Shown here: positions 36,115-48,600 of the stretch, piece after piece
Layout of the letters: every line of letters starts with the position of its first letter
How positions within the stretch are numbered: the stretch's first letter is position 1
NCBI GenBank assembly: GCA_045636045.1
Contig: JAZTWT010000008.1
Span: forward strand, 1 to 59,435
Length of the DNA stretch: 59,435 bases
Origin: Candidatus Enterousia sp.
GTDB taxonomy: Bacteria > Pseudomonadota > Alphaproteobacteria > Rs-D84
Reading direction: 5' to 3'
Translations under genes and position numbers: made by a program
The notes under the pieces: model-generated
The model's database searches: none
What the model saw: the letters and a program-made list of their open reading frames with translations, nothing else
What the model was told of the DNA's origin: nothing

Positions 36115-39100
36115 TTATTCAACCTCTACCTTCAGGCCCAATGCCGCTAAATCTGCAACCGTTGTCGCACCTAATTCAACCCCACCTGGCAACGCCACCG
36201 TCGCCGTTTTTTCCGCACCATGCAAAACCAATTCCACACGCGTATATCCACGTGGCAATGCAATCAAAGCCTTTTTTACATCTTGCAAAACGGTCTGATC
36301 ACGTATATCCAGCGTTAATTTTTTTGCAATCTTTGCCACCCATTCCGTCAAAGGTGTAATTGAATCTACAAAGATAGAAACCCGGTCATCACGATTTGAT
36401 GTCTTGCCAGAAATTATAACAGCATTTTCATTCTGCAAAATCTGGGCAAATTCTATTGATGCATCACCAAAAGCCACCGCATCAATATTACCATGACTGT
36501 CCGATGCATTAATTGTAATCATTTCTTTGCCAGTTTTTGTACGACGGCGTCCAAAACTGTTTACATTGGCCGCGATTTGCACCGGCTTTCTGTCGCCCAT
36601 CTTTTCCAACGTTGCACTGGTTGCCAAATTTGCGCGTGCAATCAAGTGCTTGTACTGATCCAGCGGATGTGCGGAAATATAGAATCCCAACGCCGACAAT
36701 TCATTTTCCAGTTTTTGACCAAACGTCCACGGTTCTGTTCTTGGCAGATTCTTGCATAATCTATCTTCTTCAACATCATCTTCGACAGTATTTGCAAACA
36801 ACGACAACACATTCGCTCCATCTTTCGATTTGGCGGCATACGACAATATCGCATCTGCATTCAGGTAGATAAGGGCGCGATTTGGCTCTAATGAATCCAG
36901 AACCCCCGTCTTAGCAAAGGCTTCCAGAATACGCTTATTCATAATTGGGGCACAGCGCTTTGCAAAGTCTGTCAAATTTTTAAATTTACCGTTCGCATTT
37001 CGTTCTGCAACGATTGCATCTGTCGCAACGGTTCCAACCCCTTTCAGTGCCGCCAAACCATAGATAATTTTACCATCACGAACAGTGAACAAAGACTCAC
37101 TCTGATTGATATCTGGTGCAACAATCTGGATTCCAAAATTAGTCTTAGCGTCATCAACAAATATCGCTAACTGGTCAGTATCATTTAAATTACTGGACAT
37201 AGATGCCGCCAGGAATTCAGGTGTATAATTTGCTTTTAGATACGCACACTGATTTGCAACAATAGAATACGCAATAGCGTGCGATTTATTAAATGCATAC
37301 TTGGCAAAATCCTTAAACTTTTCCCACAAATCCTTGGCCGTTACACGATCCAGCGTTCCTTCTTTTTCGCACCCCTCGTAAAATTTTCCCTCTAGCTCAT
37401 CCAACATAGCTATGATTTTTTTACCCATTGCCTTACGCACATTATCAGACTGACCACGTGTAAACCCGGCCAAAACACGCGTTAATTGCATAACCTGTTC
37501 TTGGTAAACAATAATACCGTACGACTCTTTCAAAATAGGTTCTGCACGCGGATGAACATACTCAATCTTTTCCTCGCCATGCATACGCGCAATAAATTGT
37601 GGAATAAATGCGATTGGTCCCGGTCGATTCAATGCGTTCAAAGCAGATATTTCCAAGAAATTTGTCGGATGCATTTTACGCAGTGTCTGTTGAACAAACG
37701 GGGCATCAAACTGGAATATACCTTCGGTCAACCCTTGTTGCCACAGTTTCATGGTTTTGGGGTCATCTGTTGGAATCTGATCCAAATCAATGTTAACGCC
37801 ACGGGTTTGCTGAATTAGACGCGTTGCATACTTCAAAACCACCAAGGTTTCCAACCCCAGAAAGTCAAACTTAATCAACCCAGATTTTTCCAGGTATTTA
37901 CCATCAAACTGACATGATGGTAACGGGTTGGCAGGGTCACGATACACCGGGGCAATTTTTGTTGTTGGACGATCGCCAATAACAACCCCACACGCATGTT
38001 GCCCCAAATTACGCAGCGACCCCTCTAATTCTTCTGCCACCATAACAACCTTGTTCAAATCCTCGTCATTATTTAAAATATCTTGGATTTCTGGTGACAT
38101 TCCAACCGCATCTTTCAGTGTCTTGGCATCCTGTGGAATCAATTTTGATAATCGGTCAGATTTAGAATAGGGCATTCCATATACACGCCCAATATCGCGT
38201 ATTGCACCACGCGCCTGCAACGAACCAAATGTAATAATACGACACACTGAATCATGTCCATATTTATCACACACATACGCCAATACGCGTTCAATACCTG
38301 TTGGTTCAAAGTCAACGTCAAAGTCCGGCATAGAAATACGGTCTGGGTTCAAGAAACGTTCAAACAGCAACCCATATTTCAACGGATCAACATTTGTAAT
38401 ACCCAACGCCCATGCCACAATCGAGCCCGCGCCCGATCCACGCCCAGGTCCAGTCAAAACATCGTTATTTCTGCACCAATCAATATAGTCTGCTACAATC
38501 AAAAAATATCCTGGGAACCCCATACCGATAATAACGCCTAATTCAAATTCTGCCTGTTCATAGTATGGCCCTGTATCCGTAATTCCATGCTGTTCCAATC
38601 TGCGTTTCAAACCATTCATGGTATTATCACGCAACATCTGACACTCGGTCTCTAAATCATCGCCGAAACGCGGCAGCAATGGCTTTTCATGAACATTGAC
38701 CATAAATCCACAACGTTTTGCAATAACGACAGTATTCTCTATTGCCTCTGGCAAATCTGAAAATATTTCTGCCATCTCGTCATAAGATTTAAAATATTGT
38801 TCCGAAGATTTTCTTGCACGTTCTGGGTCAATAACCTTGGTTTGCCCCAACACACAACTCAATGCATCTGCTGGCTCATAATCTTTATCTGAAGCAAAGC
38901 ATACATCATTTGTTGCAACAATCGGAATATTTAATTCTTGCGCAATCCCCAGGAATGCTGGCTCTGTCTTAATTTCATTTTCCAGGCCATGGCGTTGAAT
39001 TTCTATATAAAATCTATCACTAAATATTTCCAAGAAACGCCCGGCATAAATCCGTGCCTGATCATCTTGACCATTCAGAATTGCCATGCCTATTGGTCCC

Positions 39101-39522
39101 AAGTGCGCCCCAGACAAACATATCAGTCCATCACTATGTCCTGCTAATTCTTCAAATGATATAAACGGTCCCAGATGATGATTTTCGCTTCGCATATACA
39201 TAACACGATTTAATTCACACAGATTCAAATATCCTGCGTGATTTTGTGCCAACAAAACGATTCTGGACAATGCCTCGCTGCGCAATATTTTAGGATCAGC
39301 ATTATGATGATTTAATGTTATTTCAACACCAATAATTGGCTGCAACTTATTCTTGGGCATAACATCCGAGAATTCTGCACATCCCGACATCAGGTTAGTA
39401 TCCGTCAGTGCACACGCACTCATTCCCAAAGACTGACACAGCCCCGGAATCGCCTTAACTGTTAAAGTACTTGCCCCAACTGAAAAACGCGAATGTGTAC
39501 GAAGATGAATAAATTGCTGCAT
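36115..39522 (-). CDS. dnaE: DNA polymerase III alpha subunit
   Basis: PHP domain, GPGRGSGAGS, LLFERFLNPDR.SMPDFDVDF, KFDFLGL, YQEQVMQ, YAFNKSHA. Confidence 0.97.
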   Translation of the reverse strand: MQQFIHLRTHSRFSVGASTLTVKAIPGLCQSLGMSACALTDTNLMSGCAEFSDVMPKNKLQPIIGVEITLNHHNADPKILRSEALSRIVLLAQNHAGYLNLCELNRVMYMRSENHHLGPFISFEELAGHSDGLICLSGAHLGPIGMAILNGQDDQARIYAGRFLEIFSDRFYIEIQRHGLENEIKTEPAFLGIAQELNIPIVATNDVCFASDKDYEPADALSCVLGQTKVIDPERARKSSEQYFKSYDEMAEIFSDLPEAIENTVVIAKRCGFMVNVHEKPLLPRFGDDLETECQMLRDNTMNGLKRRLEQHGITDTGPYYEQAEFELGVIIGMGFPGYFLIVADYIDWCRNNDVLTGPGRGSGAGSIVAWALGITNVDPLKYGLLFERFLNPDRISMPDFDVDFEPTGIERVLAYVCDKYGHDSVCRIITFGSLQARGAIRDIGRVYGMPYSKSDRLSKLIPQDAKTLKDAVGMSPEIQDILNNDEDLNKVVMVAEELEGSLRNLGQHACGVVIGDRPTTKIAPVYRDPANPLPSCQFDGKYLEKSGLIKFDFLGLETLVVLKYATRLIQQTRGVNIDLDQIPTDDPKTMKLWQQGLTEGIFQFDAPFVQQTLRKMHPTNFLEISALNALNRPGPIAFIPQFIARMHGEEKIEYVHPRAEPILKESYGIIVYQEQVMQLTRVLAGFTRGQSDNVRKAMGKKIIAMLDELEGKFYEGCEKEGTLDRVTAKDLWEKFKDFAKYAFNKSHAIAYSIVANQCAYLKANYTPEFLAASMSSNLNDTDQLAIFVDDAKTNFGIQIVAPDINQSESLFTVRDGKIIYGLAALKGVGTVATDAIVAERNANGKFKNLTDFAKRCAPIMNKRILEAFAKTGVLDSLEPNRALIYLNADAILSYAAKSKDGANVLSLFANTVEDDVEEDRLCKNLPRTEPWTFGQKLENELSALGFYISAHPLDQYKHLIARANLATSATLEKMGDRKPVQIAANVNSFGRRRTKTGKEMITINASDSHGNIDAVAFGDASIEFAQILQNENAVIISGKTSNRDDRVSIFVDSITPLTEWVAKIAKKLTLDIRDQTVLQDVKKALIALPRGYTRVELVLHGAEKTATVALPGGVELGATTVADLAALGLKVEVE

Positions 39523-39605
39523 AACCCCTTTCCTTTAACCTTTTAATCATCAGCAAATAAAAACAATCAAAAAATAAAAAACGCAATAAATTGCACTAAT
39601 AAAAC

Positions 39606-42215
39606 TTAGTGCAATTTACCACAACAATGTTTAAACTTTTGTCCTGAACCACACGGGCAGGGCGCATTACGACGCGAATCCATTGCAGCTTGATTCAGTT
39701 CTTGGTCATGCTTTTGACGTTCTGCCTCGGTCGCATCAACCTGTTCGCGTGTCAATTCCATACGACAAATCGATGATATAGAAAAGATTTTAAAGTTCGT
39801 AACTGTATTCTTAAACAAATCCAATGCTTCACGTTTGTATTCATACAATGGATTTTTCTGGGCGTATCCACGCAAACCAATCGCGCTTTGCAGATAATCC
39901 ATCTGTTGCAAATGCTTTTTCCAAACCGCATCCAAAGCACCCAACATCATCTGACGTGTCGCTAAATGCATCAGGTCTGGTCCATACTTTTGCTTTTGCT
40001 GTTCATATCTATACAACCCTAATTTCTGCAACACCTCAAAAGCCTTACGCTCGGTAATTGTTTCGTCCGTTTTCCAGCGTTCTACATCGGTAATATCTAA
40101 TGCAAACACACGCAACATAGAATTGCGAATACCATCAATATTCCAATCTGCAGGCGTAGATTTTTCTGGCATATTATTTTCACAAATAATCTCTACGACA
40201 TCGCCAATCATCTCTGCCGCCAAACCAGACAAATCATCTGATATCATCAGGTCATCGCGTTGCTTGTAAATCACACTACGCTGTTCATTTGCAACATCAT
40301 CGTATTTTAACAATTCCTTACGTGCCTCGAAATAACGTGCTTCAACACGTTTCTGTGCTTTTTCTAACGCCTTGGTAATCCACGGATGCGTAATCGCTTC
40401 ACCCGGTTTCAAACCTAACGTTGTCAGCATCCCCTGTAAACGTGATGCACCAAATATACGCATCAAATCATCATCCAATGATAAAAAGAACTTTGAATCA
40501 CCAGGATCGCCCTGACGTCCAGATCTACCACGTAACTGATTATCAATACGGCGCGACTCATGGCGTTCCGTGCCAATAACATACAAACCTCCCATATCTA
40601 AAACCAACTTCTTATTTGCCTCGATGGTTTCATAGATTTCTTTCTTTTTTTCTTCAAAGTCTGGTGCTGTTGGGTCAAGTTCTGCAATCAATTCTTCTGC
40701 ATTACCACCTAACTTAATATCCGTACCACGTCCTGCCATATTTGTTGCAATCGTCACTGCGCCCGGCGCACCGGCCTGGGCAACAATCTTCGCTTCAGAC
40801 TGATGATGTTTTGCATTTAGAACTGCTGGATTAATCCCCAGTTTTTCACGCACAATATCCGCCAATTCTTCTGACTTTTCAATCGAAACCGTACCAACCA
40901 GAACTGGCTGTTTTCGCGACACACACTCTGAAATTTGTTTTAAAATCGCTTCATATTTTTCTTCCTTATTGCGATAGATTTCATCATGATGATCAATACG
41001 CGCAACAGGACGATTCGTTGGAATAGAAACCACACGCAAATTGTAAATTTCTTCAAATTCTGCCGCCTCTGTCATTGCGGTTCCTGTCATACCAGACAAA
41101 GTAGGGTACAGTCTGAATAAATTCTGATACGAGATACTTGAAACAGTTTGATTTTCTGGCTGAACCTCAACATGTTCCTTGGCTTCAATCGCCTGGTGTA
41201 ATCCCTTGCCAAAGCGACGCCCTGTCATAACGCGACCTGTAAATTCATCAACGATTAAAATTTCACCACCACGTACGACATAATTTACATTCAACTGATA
41301 CAAATGATGTGCCAACAACGCCTGCTGGATATGCATAACCAAGGCAGCATTTTCAGATGCATACAAGTTATCGCCGATTAATAAATTCGCTTCTTTCAGC
41401 AAACGTGTTACCGCATCGACACCTGTTTCCGTTAATGTCACATGACGGTCTTTTTCATCTTTCTTAAAATCGTCTTCTGTCAGCTGTGCCACGACCGCAT
41501 CAACTTTGGCATATAATTCACTGGTGTCTTCGGCCGGCCCTGAAATAATCAACGGAGTACGTGCCTCATCAATCAAAATACTGTCAACTTCGTCAACAAT
41601 GGCATAAAAGAACGGGCGCAAAACCTGTTGAGCCTTTGAAAATTTCATATTATCACGCAGATAATCAAAGCCCAACTCAGAATTTGTCACATATGTAATA
41701 TCACATGCATATGCTGCGCGTCTTTCTTCGTCAGTCATATCATGCTGAATAATACCGACTGTCAGCCCCAAGAAACGATAAACCTGACCCATCCAATTCG
41801 CGTCACGGGACGCCAAATAATCATTAACCGTAATCAAATGCGCACCCTTGCCATGCAATGCCTTCAAAAACATTGCCAATGTTGCAACCAGTGTTTTACC
41901 TTCACCAGTTTTCATCTCAGCAATTTGTCCACCAGTCAAAACCATACCGCCAATCAACTGAACATTAAAATGACGCAAACCGATTGAGCGAACCGCCGCT
42001 TCACGAACCAAAGCAAATGCATCTGGCAGAATATCTTTCTCGCGTTCTCCATTTGCTAAACGTTCACGCAATGCAACCGTTTGCGCACGTAAATCATCAT
42101 CGCTCATCGCATGATATTTGGGTTCTAAATCATTAATTAAAGATACCGTTTTATCATAACTTTTTACCAATCGATCATTTGCAGACCCTAATATTTTACT
42201 AAATATATTTTTCAT
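39606..42215 (-). CDS. secA: Preprotein translocase ATPase
   Basis: EMKTGEGKT, DEVDSILIDEARTPLIISG, ATNMAGRGTDI, HESRRIDNQLRGRSGRQGDPG, SEC-C motif CPCGSG. Confidence 0.98.
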   Translation of the reverse strand: MKNIFSKILGSANDRLVKSYDKTVSLINDLEPKYHAMSDDDLRAQTVALRERLANGEREKDILPDAFALVREAAVRSIGLRHFNVQLIGGMVLTGGQIAEMKTGEGKTLVATLAMFLKALHGKGAHLITVNDYLASRDANWMGQVYRFLGLTVGIIQHDMTDEERRAAYACDITYVTNSELGFDYLRDNMKFSKAQQVLRPFFYAIVDEVDSILIDEARTPLIISGPAEDTSELYAKVDAVVAQLTEDDFKKDEKDRHVTLTETGVDAVTRLLKEANLLIGDNLYASENAALVMHIQQALLAHHLYQLNVNYVVRGGEILIVDEFTGRVMTGRRFGKGLHQAIEAKEHVEVQPENQTVSSISYQNLFRLYPTLSGMTGTAMTEAAEFEEIYNLRVVSIPTNRPVARIDHHDEIYRNKEEKYEAILKQISECVSRKQPVLVGTVSIEKSEELADIVREKLGINPAVLNAKHHQSEAKIVAQAGAPGAVTIATNMAGRGTDIKLGGNAEELIAELDPTAPDFEEKKKEIYETIEANKKLVLDMGGLYVIGTERHESRRIDNQLRGRSGRQGDPGDSKFFLSLDDDLMRIFGASRLQGMLTTLGLKPGEAITHPWITKALEKAQKRVEARYFEARKELLKYDDVANEQRSVIYKQRDDLMISDDLSGLAAEMIGDVVEIICENNMPEKSTPADWNIDGIRNSMLRVFALDITDVERWKTDETITERKAFEVLQKLGLYRYEQQKQKYGPDLMHLATRQMMLGALDAVWKKHLQQMDYLQSAIGLRGYAQKNPLYEYKREALDLFKNTVTNFKIFSISSICRMELTREQVDATEAERQKHDQELNQAAMDSRRNAPCPCGSGQKFKHCCGKLH

Positions 42216-42370
42216 TATTCTTCTTCCTTATTTTATCATGCAATATATAGCAATTTTCCCTAATTCGGTCAATCATTTTATGATATAATAACATCAATTA
42301 AATTTAACAAGTGCAAAACAAAAAAAATCTGATAAAATGCTGTCTAAAGCAGGGGGGGGGGATTATAATC

Positions 42371-42583
42371 ATGTCAGAACCAATTCATACACTAAACACA
42401 AAAGATATTACCAGCGACATCTATGTTATCGCGCCGACCCAAATTGAATATATCGCACGCCTGTTTGGCAACACCGTTGCAGACACAATGAACATGCGAA
42501 CTTTTGCACCAAAAATTCGCCAAATTGCAGAACAGGCACTGCGCCACGCCCTGAATTCCGCAAAAACCCAGGGTGCAAAATAA
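42371..42583 (+). CDS. Small hypothetical protein (70 aa)
   Basis: ATG 9 nt after a G10 tract, followed by a hairpin and T-run (42602-42625). Confidence 0.5.
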   Translation: MSEPIHTLNTKDITSDIYVIAPTQIEYIARLFGNTVADTMNMRTFAPKIRQIAEQALRHALNSAKTQGAK

Positions 42584-42645
42584 CCCCAATAACAAAAATT
42601 TATCCCACAAATGTGGGATTTTTTTATCATACAAAAAGAAAAAAC

Positions 42646-42665
42646 ATCCCCCATTTCTGGGGGAT
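42646..42665 (-). terminator. Intrinsic terminator for the 2114-aa gene
   Basis: atccccca-tttc-tgggggat with an A-rich flank on the plus strand. Confidence 0.65.
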
Positions 42666-42670
42666 TGTTA

Positions 42671-45600
42671 TTACCAAGACATATATCCCGGACTACATGT
42701 GCGTTCACACTTATTGCGTGATGCATTCCACTTTCGCGATCCTGTCTCATCAGAATAAGTATCACAAATCAGAATACATTCATTGTTTTCCAGCGTGTAC
42801 TTCTCGCCATCATACATACAGGATGCAATTTCACAACCATCAACATAACTGCTGGCCGCTAATTCACCACCTGCGCTGTACATATTATTGCAGCGTCCAC
42901 ACTGTTTCCACAATTCATTTGTCTGACTACGGTCATTTGTATAACCTGGATCACACTTGGTTGCGATACAATCACCCCACTTGCTCATCTTATGATTCCA
43001 TTCGCGTATACCCACACCATGTTCTACTTCACACAGCTGTTCATCTGCCTGACAAACATTGTCACCCAAATGATACCCGTCTTCACATTCCAATGCCACA
43101 CATTCACCAAAGGTTTGCTTTGCAGAATTCCATACCCGTTCCGCAGAAACCGCATTTGGCAACAAACATTTAACTGTGTTCAATTCGCACTTCTGACCGT
43201 TTGGATGGAATCCACTTACACAAGATTCTACAACACAGTTTCCACCATTTTCTTTGTACGACACCGCATTGTCTCGTGCACATGGACTACATTTCCCTGC
43301 AATCATTTCGTAATCATAATTACATGATGTTTCCACACAAACACCCTTGACTATATTACACGGATTACCTGTCACGGACACACCCTTATACCGACACTGC
43401 ACTGGATAGAATTCAGTATCCGACAACTGTACCGCCTGACCATATTCAACATCATATGGCTCACACATTACATAGCAATCTGAAACTTCATCCGAACCCA
43501 CCTTAGACAACACATGTGTACCATTCGTCAGACTCTCACATGTCTTTGGCGCACCGCCTTCGACATCTGGACGACAGACATTATTTTCTGGACACAGCAC
43601 ACATTTGCCATCACTTAATGTGTATCCAGCCTGACACAATTCCACCTTGCATGTATCCTTGCCCTTACCATAGTAATCGCGTCCCGACATTTCTATCGCA
43701 TTTGTCGCATTCAGACAGTCTGTATAACACTGCTGCGCTGATTCTGCACCTGCATCTGCCATATCAAAGCCTGCTGGACATACCTCGCGTCCACCAATCT
43801 CTGTACGCATCAACTTGATGCCACCTGCACAATATCCGTCTTCTGCACACAGAACCTGACCAAAACCTGCAACGGCAACATAACTACCCTTATCGGTCAC
43901 CAGATAACAGTCATCAATCGAACCACTACCCGCATCAGATCTGGTATACACACCATTTGTCAACTCTGAACAAGTGTACGGCTTACCATTGTCCTTGACC
44001 GGGCTACATACATTGTCTGCTGGACAAACCTCACAAACACCACTTACCAGCGTATAACCAGCCTTGCATGTTGTGACCCCACAGGTATCATTTGCATCTG
44101 ATCCATAATAGTCACGCCCCGACATCTGTGTTGCGTTATCACCCATTGCACAACGCTGATAACATTCTGTTTCAACCGTCGCCCCCACATCAGACGTATA
44201 CCCAGAACCAAAGGTAGAGCAGGCCATATTACCACCTGTACCTGTAGCCAATACCTTTGTGCCACCCAGACAGTAATCACCAACCTTACATTTTACCTCA
44301 CCTTGACCCGCTGCTTGTACATAATAACCCGGTTTGGTCATCACATAACACGCATCCACAGACACTGTGTTTTCTGGCGCCTTTGTATATTTATCCCCCG
44401 TCAGCTCGGAACACTTATGTGGCCTACCACCATCATAATCGGGATCGCACACATGATCCTCTGGACAGCTGCCACATGTGCCATACGCCAATATATAACC
44501 ACTCTCGCATGCTGTTGCTTCACATGTATCCGCGCCATCGCCATAATAGTCACGACCAATCATCTGTGTTGCATGCTTATCTAATGCACATGCTGTATAA
44601 CACTGTTCTATCTTGCCAGCACCAGCATCTGATTTATACCCAGCAACACACTGTACACGTCCACCTGTTGCAGCGTATTTCACAAGCTCGCCACCCGGGC
44701 AATAACCATCCTCAGAACACTGAACCTGACCTGCGCCAGCTACGGCAACATATTTTCCTGCTTCGGTTTCCAGATAGCAATTATCAACAGAACCATTACC
44801 TGCATCTGACTTAGTATAAACACCCCCCGTCAGTTCAGAACACGAATACTGTTTACCACTATCCTTTAGCGGATCACACACATGGTCTGCCGCACAAACC
44901 GCACAACTTCCATTTAATACGGTATACCCAACATCACACAGTGTCGCTTTACACGTATCCGCAACCGTTGCACCGTAATAGTCATTACCATTCACCTGGA
45001 TTGCATTCTGAACTGCAGACACCACACACGGCTTATAACATCTATCTGCCATCTTTGTCCCAGCCACAGATGTATAACCTGTCCCCAGGGTCGCGCACGA
45101 CGTGTTTCCTCCAACGCCACTAACTTTTACCGTCACATTTCCTGGACAATAATCACCAACTTTACATGTCTCCTGTCCTTGACCTGGCGCTGCAACATAC
45201 TTACCTGCCTCGGTCACAAGATAACATTCTGACGCACCCGATTCAGACTTATATCCTGCCGGACAAGATGTGCAATCACTGGTCTGACCATAGTACACAT
45301 TATGCGCTGTCTTATATGTGCCTGCGGCGCACGCCATCACAGAATTTCCATTCCAATAATACCCATCTTCAACAGATACATAACAGTGATCTGGTGTGCT
45401 GGCGCCATTTGAAGATATTGCACTCTCCCACTCAACGTCATCGGACAAATCAGCACAGGACTCGCTGCCACCTTCATTGCCATAGTAAACCTTTTTATTA
45501 CCTGGGCAATAATATGGGGCTGCGCATGTCTTCACAATATTACCAACAATATAACTCCCTTTTGTTGTCATTGTGTAACAGTCATCAACGGCATCGCTGT

Positions 45601-48600
45601 TCGCAACACTGCTTGGGAACACATCATCTGTTTCCTCTGCACAAGAGTACTTAGTACCCTCTGTACAATAACTACCAGATTCACAAGACGAACATTCACT
45701 TGTGTTACCAAAGCTAACCTTAATCGCTGCCGCTGTATATTTGCCTGCCGGACATACTGTCATCTTCGTGCTTTCTGCTGTTGCCAAATACGAACCTTGT
45801 GGTACGTTAATCTGACACTGCGACGCATCGTCATATCCTGTACCTCCGTCCACATATCCTGCTGGACACGCCACACGGCATCCTGTCACACCGATTGTCA
45901 CTTTACCTTCACCTGGGCAATAATATCCCTTTGGACAGTCGACAAACGATGTACCATTATAGTACTTGCCCGGACGACACATCTCGACATTTATCTCCCA
46001 TTTGGCATATACAGACTTGCGTGCTGTACATGTTCCTGCCGGCAGGGTGGTAATAACACTACCACTAAAGTTGTTATTATCATACCAACCTACAAACTTG
46101 TAATCTTCCCTTGCAATCTGGTTTGCGCTTGGCAACACTATCGCACCTGATTCAACCGTACACTCTGCAACCTGGTTGAAACTCTCGCTAATTTCACCAC
46201 CATTCGTATAGTACTCAATATTATACTTAATTGGACTACAAGTTGGATTGTAAGCGCCATTATTCTGCAGATTTTCATAATTTGCAGAACAAGATGTGCT
46301 GTATGTACAAACACCCTTTGGTGCCGTCATACCACAGTTTGCACCTTTACCCGGGGCACACGCTGTACAATTTTTCCAAACCGCATACAGTTCCACACGA
46401 GCTCCTTCTTCAGCAGTCAGATTAACAACTGACTGACCATTTGTATATTCTGGCACCGTCGCTGTTTGGGTTCTTGCCCAACCCAAAAATTCACGATTGT
46501 TTGTATCGAATGTAAATTCATTCAACATTAACTCTTGCGACTGTGTACATACATGAGACTGCTCCATCGTACGTTTCACAACACCTGCATCTTCATAAGT
46601 ACCACCATTACCATAATAGACAACGGTATACGTATTCAGCTTCCAACGTGCATACAGCGTAATATCAGATGTCAGCAATGCATTTTTATACTTTGCCTCA
46701 TTAGAGATAAATCTACCTTTTTCATCTGTGACCTGTGCATAATCCGTCGAACCCGCCACTGAATTTGTCACATAACCAACGAATGTATAATACTCGCGTG
46801 TTGGCACAGGCAATGCCGTAATTTCATCTGTCGCACCAGAATTATTAAACCAACCTGTATTATACTTCTGATACACATACTTCTCTGCTGCACCACTAAA
46901 CGTACCTTCATTTGCATCCAAATTCACAGTATACACATGTGGCGTACACAACTCATCAGCTGATGTATCTGTCACAGAATCTGTCGGATCAATATTTGCA
47001 CTCATATTCTTGTCATACCCAGTATTACATGTGAACGATGCATTCGGACACATATATGCCGTAGCGGCCCCTGGCAAAACCTTAGAATAGCCATAAAACT
47101 TATAACCACCATTTGTCTTTTCATGTCCCACATCATAAGAACATGTTCCTGTACCTGGCAATGGACATACCGGCTCCGTACAAGGTAAATTAACAACTTT
47201 ATAACATGCATTCACACCATTATAGGAATCAGGTACAAAGAAAGCAGTTGTTAAAGAACGATCGTATTCTCCGTCTTCAAAAGAAGAACAAAGGTCACAC
47301 GTTCCATTCTCGAAATCACCAATGTTTGTATAATAATAATCCGACTTACAAGTCACCTTTTGAAGGGCGCAATACGTATCATCAGAGCTACCAGGCGCAG
47401 CAACACAAACATCTGGTTCTGCATAATACTTCACACCGTTAAATCTGCGCGATTCATAGAGACAAGAGTTTACCCCCTGAGAACTACCATCACACAAAGG
47501 ATTTTCCTTTATACATCTACACGACCCACCCGAAGTATAACACTGACCTATATCAGCAGCACCTTCAACAGAGTAGTTATAATCTGATGGACAATCCATA
47601 ATTGGGCACGTCACACCATCAACCTCACCACCCGGGCAATAACTACCTGCTGGGCACAACTTAATCTTACGCTCACCCGTATCATAATACATACCTGGCT
47701 CACAATTACCATCCGACATCCATTGTGCATACAGTATCATATTACTATCTACATCCCATTCTTTAACAGGATTTCCCAACATATTATAATACTGTGTACC
47801 TCCTTCAGGTTCAGAATAGTATCCCTTGAATACATGACCTTCCATTGTTGGCATCTCAGCGCCCGGCAATAATTCACCATACGTCGCAACAACCGATGTC
47901 GCACCACCTTCGGCGCCATTGTGGTTCAATGTAATTACATATGTTTTCGCTTCCCACTTGGCATACAAATTATAATCAGACAAGCAGGTTCCTGCCGCAA
48001 TATGCGTTATCGAATCACCTGTCAGACCAGAATTCTGATACCAACCTTTGAAAGCATACCCCGTCTTACTTGGTATTGGCAATACAATATCTTCTGATTC
48101 CACAGAACATGCCATACTGTTAGCGCTGCTGCCACCCACAATCGTGCCACCATTCGCATTCAATGTGACCTTATAAGAAACTAATTCACAAGATGATGCA
48201 CCCGTCTTGCCATTTGTTGAATACCCCTCATTGCAAGGTTCGCACAAAACACGCCCATTCTTTGCTTGCTCATACGATACCGTACGATATTTACTTGATG
48301 TATCAACAGGGCAATCAACAACCTTTTCGGCAGTCGCATCAAAAAATTTACCTGCCACAACAGACGCAGAACAATTTTCTGGTCCAACATTCCCCAATCC
48401 AGTCAACCCATTACCATTCCATGTCAGGTTACCGTATTCTAAATCCTCGCAAAGCATGCGACCTGCAGTATCCCCATAATAGACCTGCATTCCACCTGGG
48501 CAATAAGAGCCAGCAGGACACTGAACAAGTCCAGACACCCCTGCAATATAAGAACCAGCTTCAACAACAGTATAACAATCATTTATAGAATCACTTCCTT

